The notes under the pieces: generated by a model
The model's input: the letters and a program-made list of their open reading frames with translations, nothing else
Told to the model about the DNA's origin: nothing
Databases searched by the model: none
NCBI GenBank assembly: GCA_024626585.2
Contig: JANKJI020000002.1
Span: 207,264,370 to 207,287,851 of the forward strand
Length of the DNA: 23,482 nt
Origin: Ginkgo biloba
Lineage: Eukaryota > Plantae > Ginkgophyta
Direction of reading: 5' to 3'
In this document: positions 21,819 through 23,482 of the stretch, in pieces
How the letters are laid out: each line of letters starts with the position of its first letter
How positions within the stretch are numbered: the first letter of the stretch is position 1
Made by a program: the position numbers and the translations under genes

Positions 21819-23406
21819 CTCATTTGGATCATCAACTCCATGAAGAATCTTCATTATTGTCTCTTGCCATACTTTCTCTAGCGTGTATACGATGGTATCA
21901 TATTTTCTATGCTAGGGATTGTTTTGTTGGGCTTCTTCATGCATATGGAGCAAGGGCATGTATTAGCTTCGGCCATCAAAATCTTATTGAAGCATGTTTG
22001 GTGATATTAACTCCCTCATACTTGGTAAATATAGTCTTTCTACAATTTTTCAAGCTTGCTATATTAAAATTTGTAATTATGATTTTCCTAGGGAGCGGCC
22101 ACATGTTAGTGACCTAGAAAAAAATCCTAATGCTATACAATGGAAGCTTTTGTAACAAATTGTAAGAAGAATACAAATAGTAGATAAACCATTAATATCA
22201 CATTAGGAATTTATTAGATTAATATTGATTTAAAAGGAAGAGGATTCTTTTCCAATAATTTGCTAGTAGTGTTATACATAATTTGCCCTATTGGGCACAA
22301 ATGCCAATGGCTGCATGCTTATGTAATCCCACTACGTGGAAGAAAAACTAAGAGAGCTCTCAAATCCAAAAGGCCAAAGAGACTGCGATTGAAATTCATT
22401 TTGCATTTTATAATTTTTTCTCTACAGTAGTTTCTAGGAAGAATCTGTGAGAAACTATAAAGTTGACAACAACACTTACTTACGAGATTGTGTCCTTTCA
22501 ATACCAATTACTTGGTTGTTTGCGACGTATAAAATTGAATAAAGTTTTTATGAATATATGTGTAATTGAAAATTTGATTTTGTTTTGTATGATTGATCAA
22601 TCGTCTTACTATTATTTCCAGCCATCCAGGTGAATAAAACAAATATTTACAATTCTATATTTTTTGGTTTTATGGGGTTTGCAAGCTTGCTTATTGCAAT
22701 CACTAATAAAGTCAGTTGCAATCTCCAATACACATTAGTTGAAAGCTAACATTATCGATCAAGAACTAAACTTTGCCAATTTTTAGATTGTATGTAGGTT
22801 GTTGGTCATAACTCAAAATACATGTTGGTCATCATCTCTAATGCAATTGGTTGCAATCTAGCAAAGATGGTTGCGACATTGATTTTGATAGTATTCGTAG
22901 GCCATCATCTAAAGGGAAACTTTAGAGTACGAGTGTCATTTTTCAAAAACAAAATATTTCCATGAAGCTCTTGATTTCTACTTTCTAAATATACAAGCAT
23001 TTTGCTCCAAAATGTATGGATTTGTATAGAAAGAATTCAATTGCAAAGCATTTGCCTTCATTTATAAATCCTTTGATTCTATTTTCAATATTTTGTGTTA
23101 TTTTAGCCATAGATCAGTTAGAGTTTTGGTCGAGGGTCGTGGGAAGTTTTTAAGAGGTTTTTTTGGACATATTGACCTTGGCATAAACCATTAAACCTGC
23201 ATTAGTTCAAATGTGTTAGAAATTTGATTAGGTCTCAAGTGACCATATAAAGGCACCTAGAGTCTCATTTGGAGGATCAACCTCTTGAGGATCTCCATTG
23301 TTGTTCTCTTTTCATTCTCTATCAAGGATGCATGCCTTGGTACCATGTTTTTTTACCCTAGAGAATTTTTTTGGGCTTCTTCAAGCATATGGTGGTAGGG
23401 GCATGT
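21819..23406. repeat. Two diverged ~145-bp copies (21819-21961 and 23264-23406), possibly CACTA-derived
   Basis: Shared blocks ctcatttgga..atcaac, tggta.cat.tttt, ttgggcttcttca.gcatatgg and gggcatgt. Minus strand of copy 1 reads TCPCSICMKKP...RKYG. Confidence 0.6.
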
Positions 23407-23482
23407 CTCAAGTTTGTAACACATCCGGAAACAACCTCCAAGGGTCAACAGAATGAAGAATGTAATATTTGAATACAAATAC

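Overview
AT-rich, TE-dense draft eukaryotic sequence. It is a land plant, and the decayed-TE landscape and long introns suggest a large-genome lineage such as a gymnosperm (inference). Eight gaps of exactly 100 N cut the window into nine blocks, so adjacency across them is not guaranteed. The only apparently functional gene is a GILT-family thiol reductase on +, with exon 1 at 4809-5051 and exon 2 at 7656-7721; later exons are not visible. The rest is decayed retroelements (Ty3/gypsy gag, pol and integrase pieces, an LTR end with a tRNA-iMet PBS, an L1 RT piece, an atypical 'GQAGF'-type LINE, a PMD-like ORF relic) and tandem repeats. There are four unrelated host-gene fragments: an LRR-XII-like receptor kinase pseudogene (-), a Sel1-like fragment and a CCT5 fragment in tandem behind the PBS (+), and a stop-free GALT1 galectin-domain exon fragment (-) fused head-to-head to a LINE RT. 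I see no convincing complete novel system. The best leads are the two apparent retroelement gene-capture events. All homology calls come from manual translation and remembered family motifs, not database searches.
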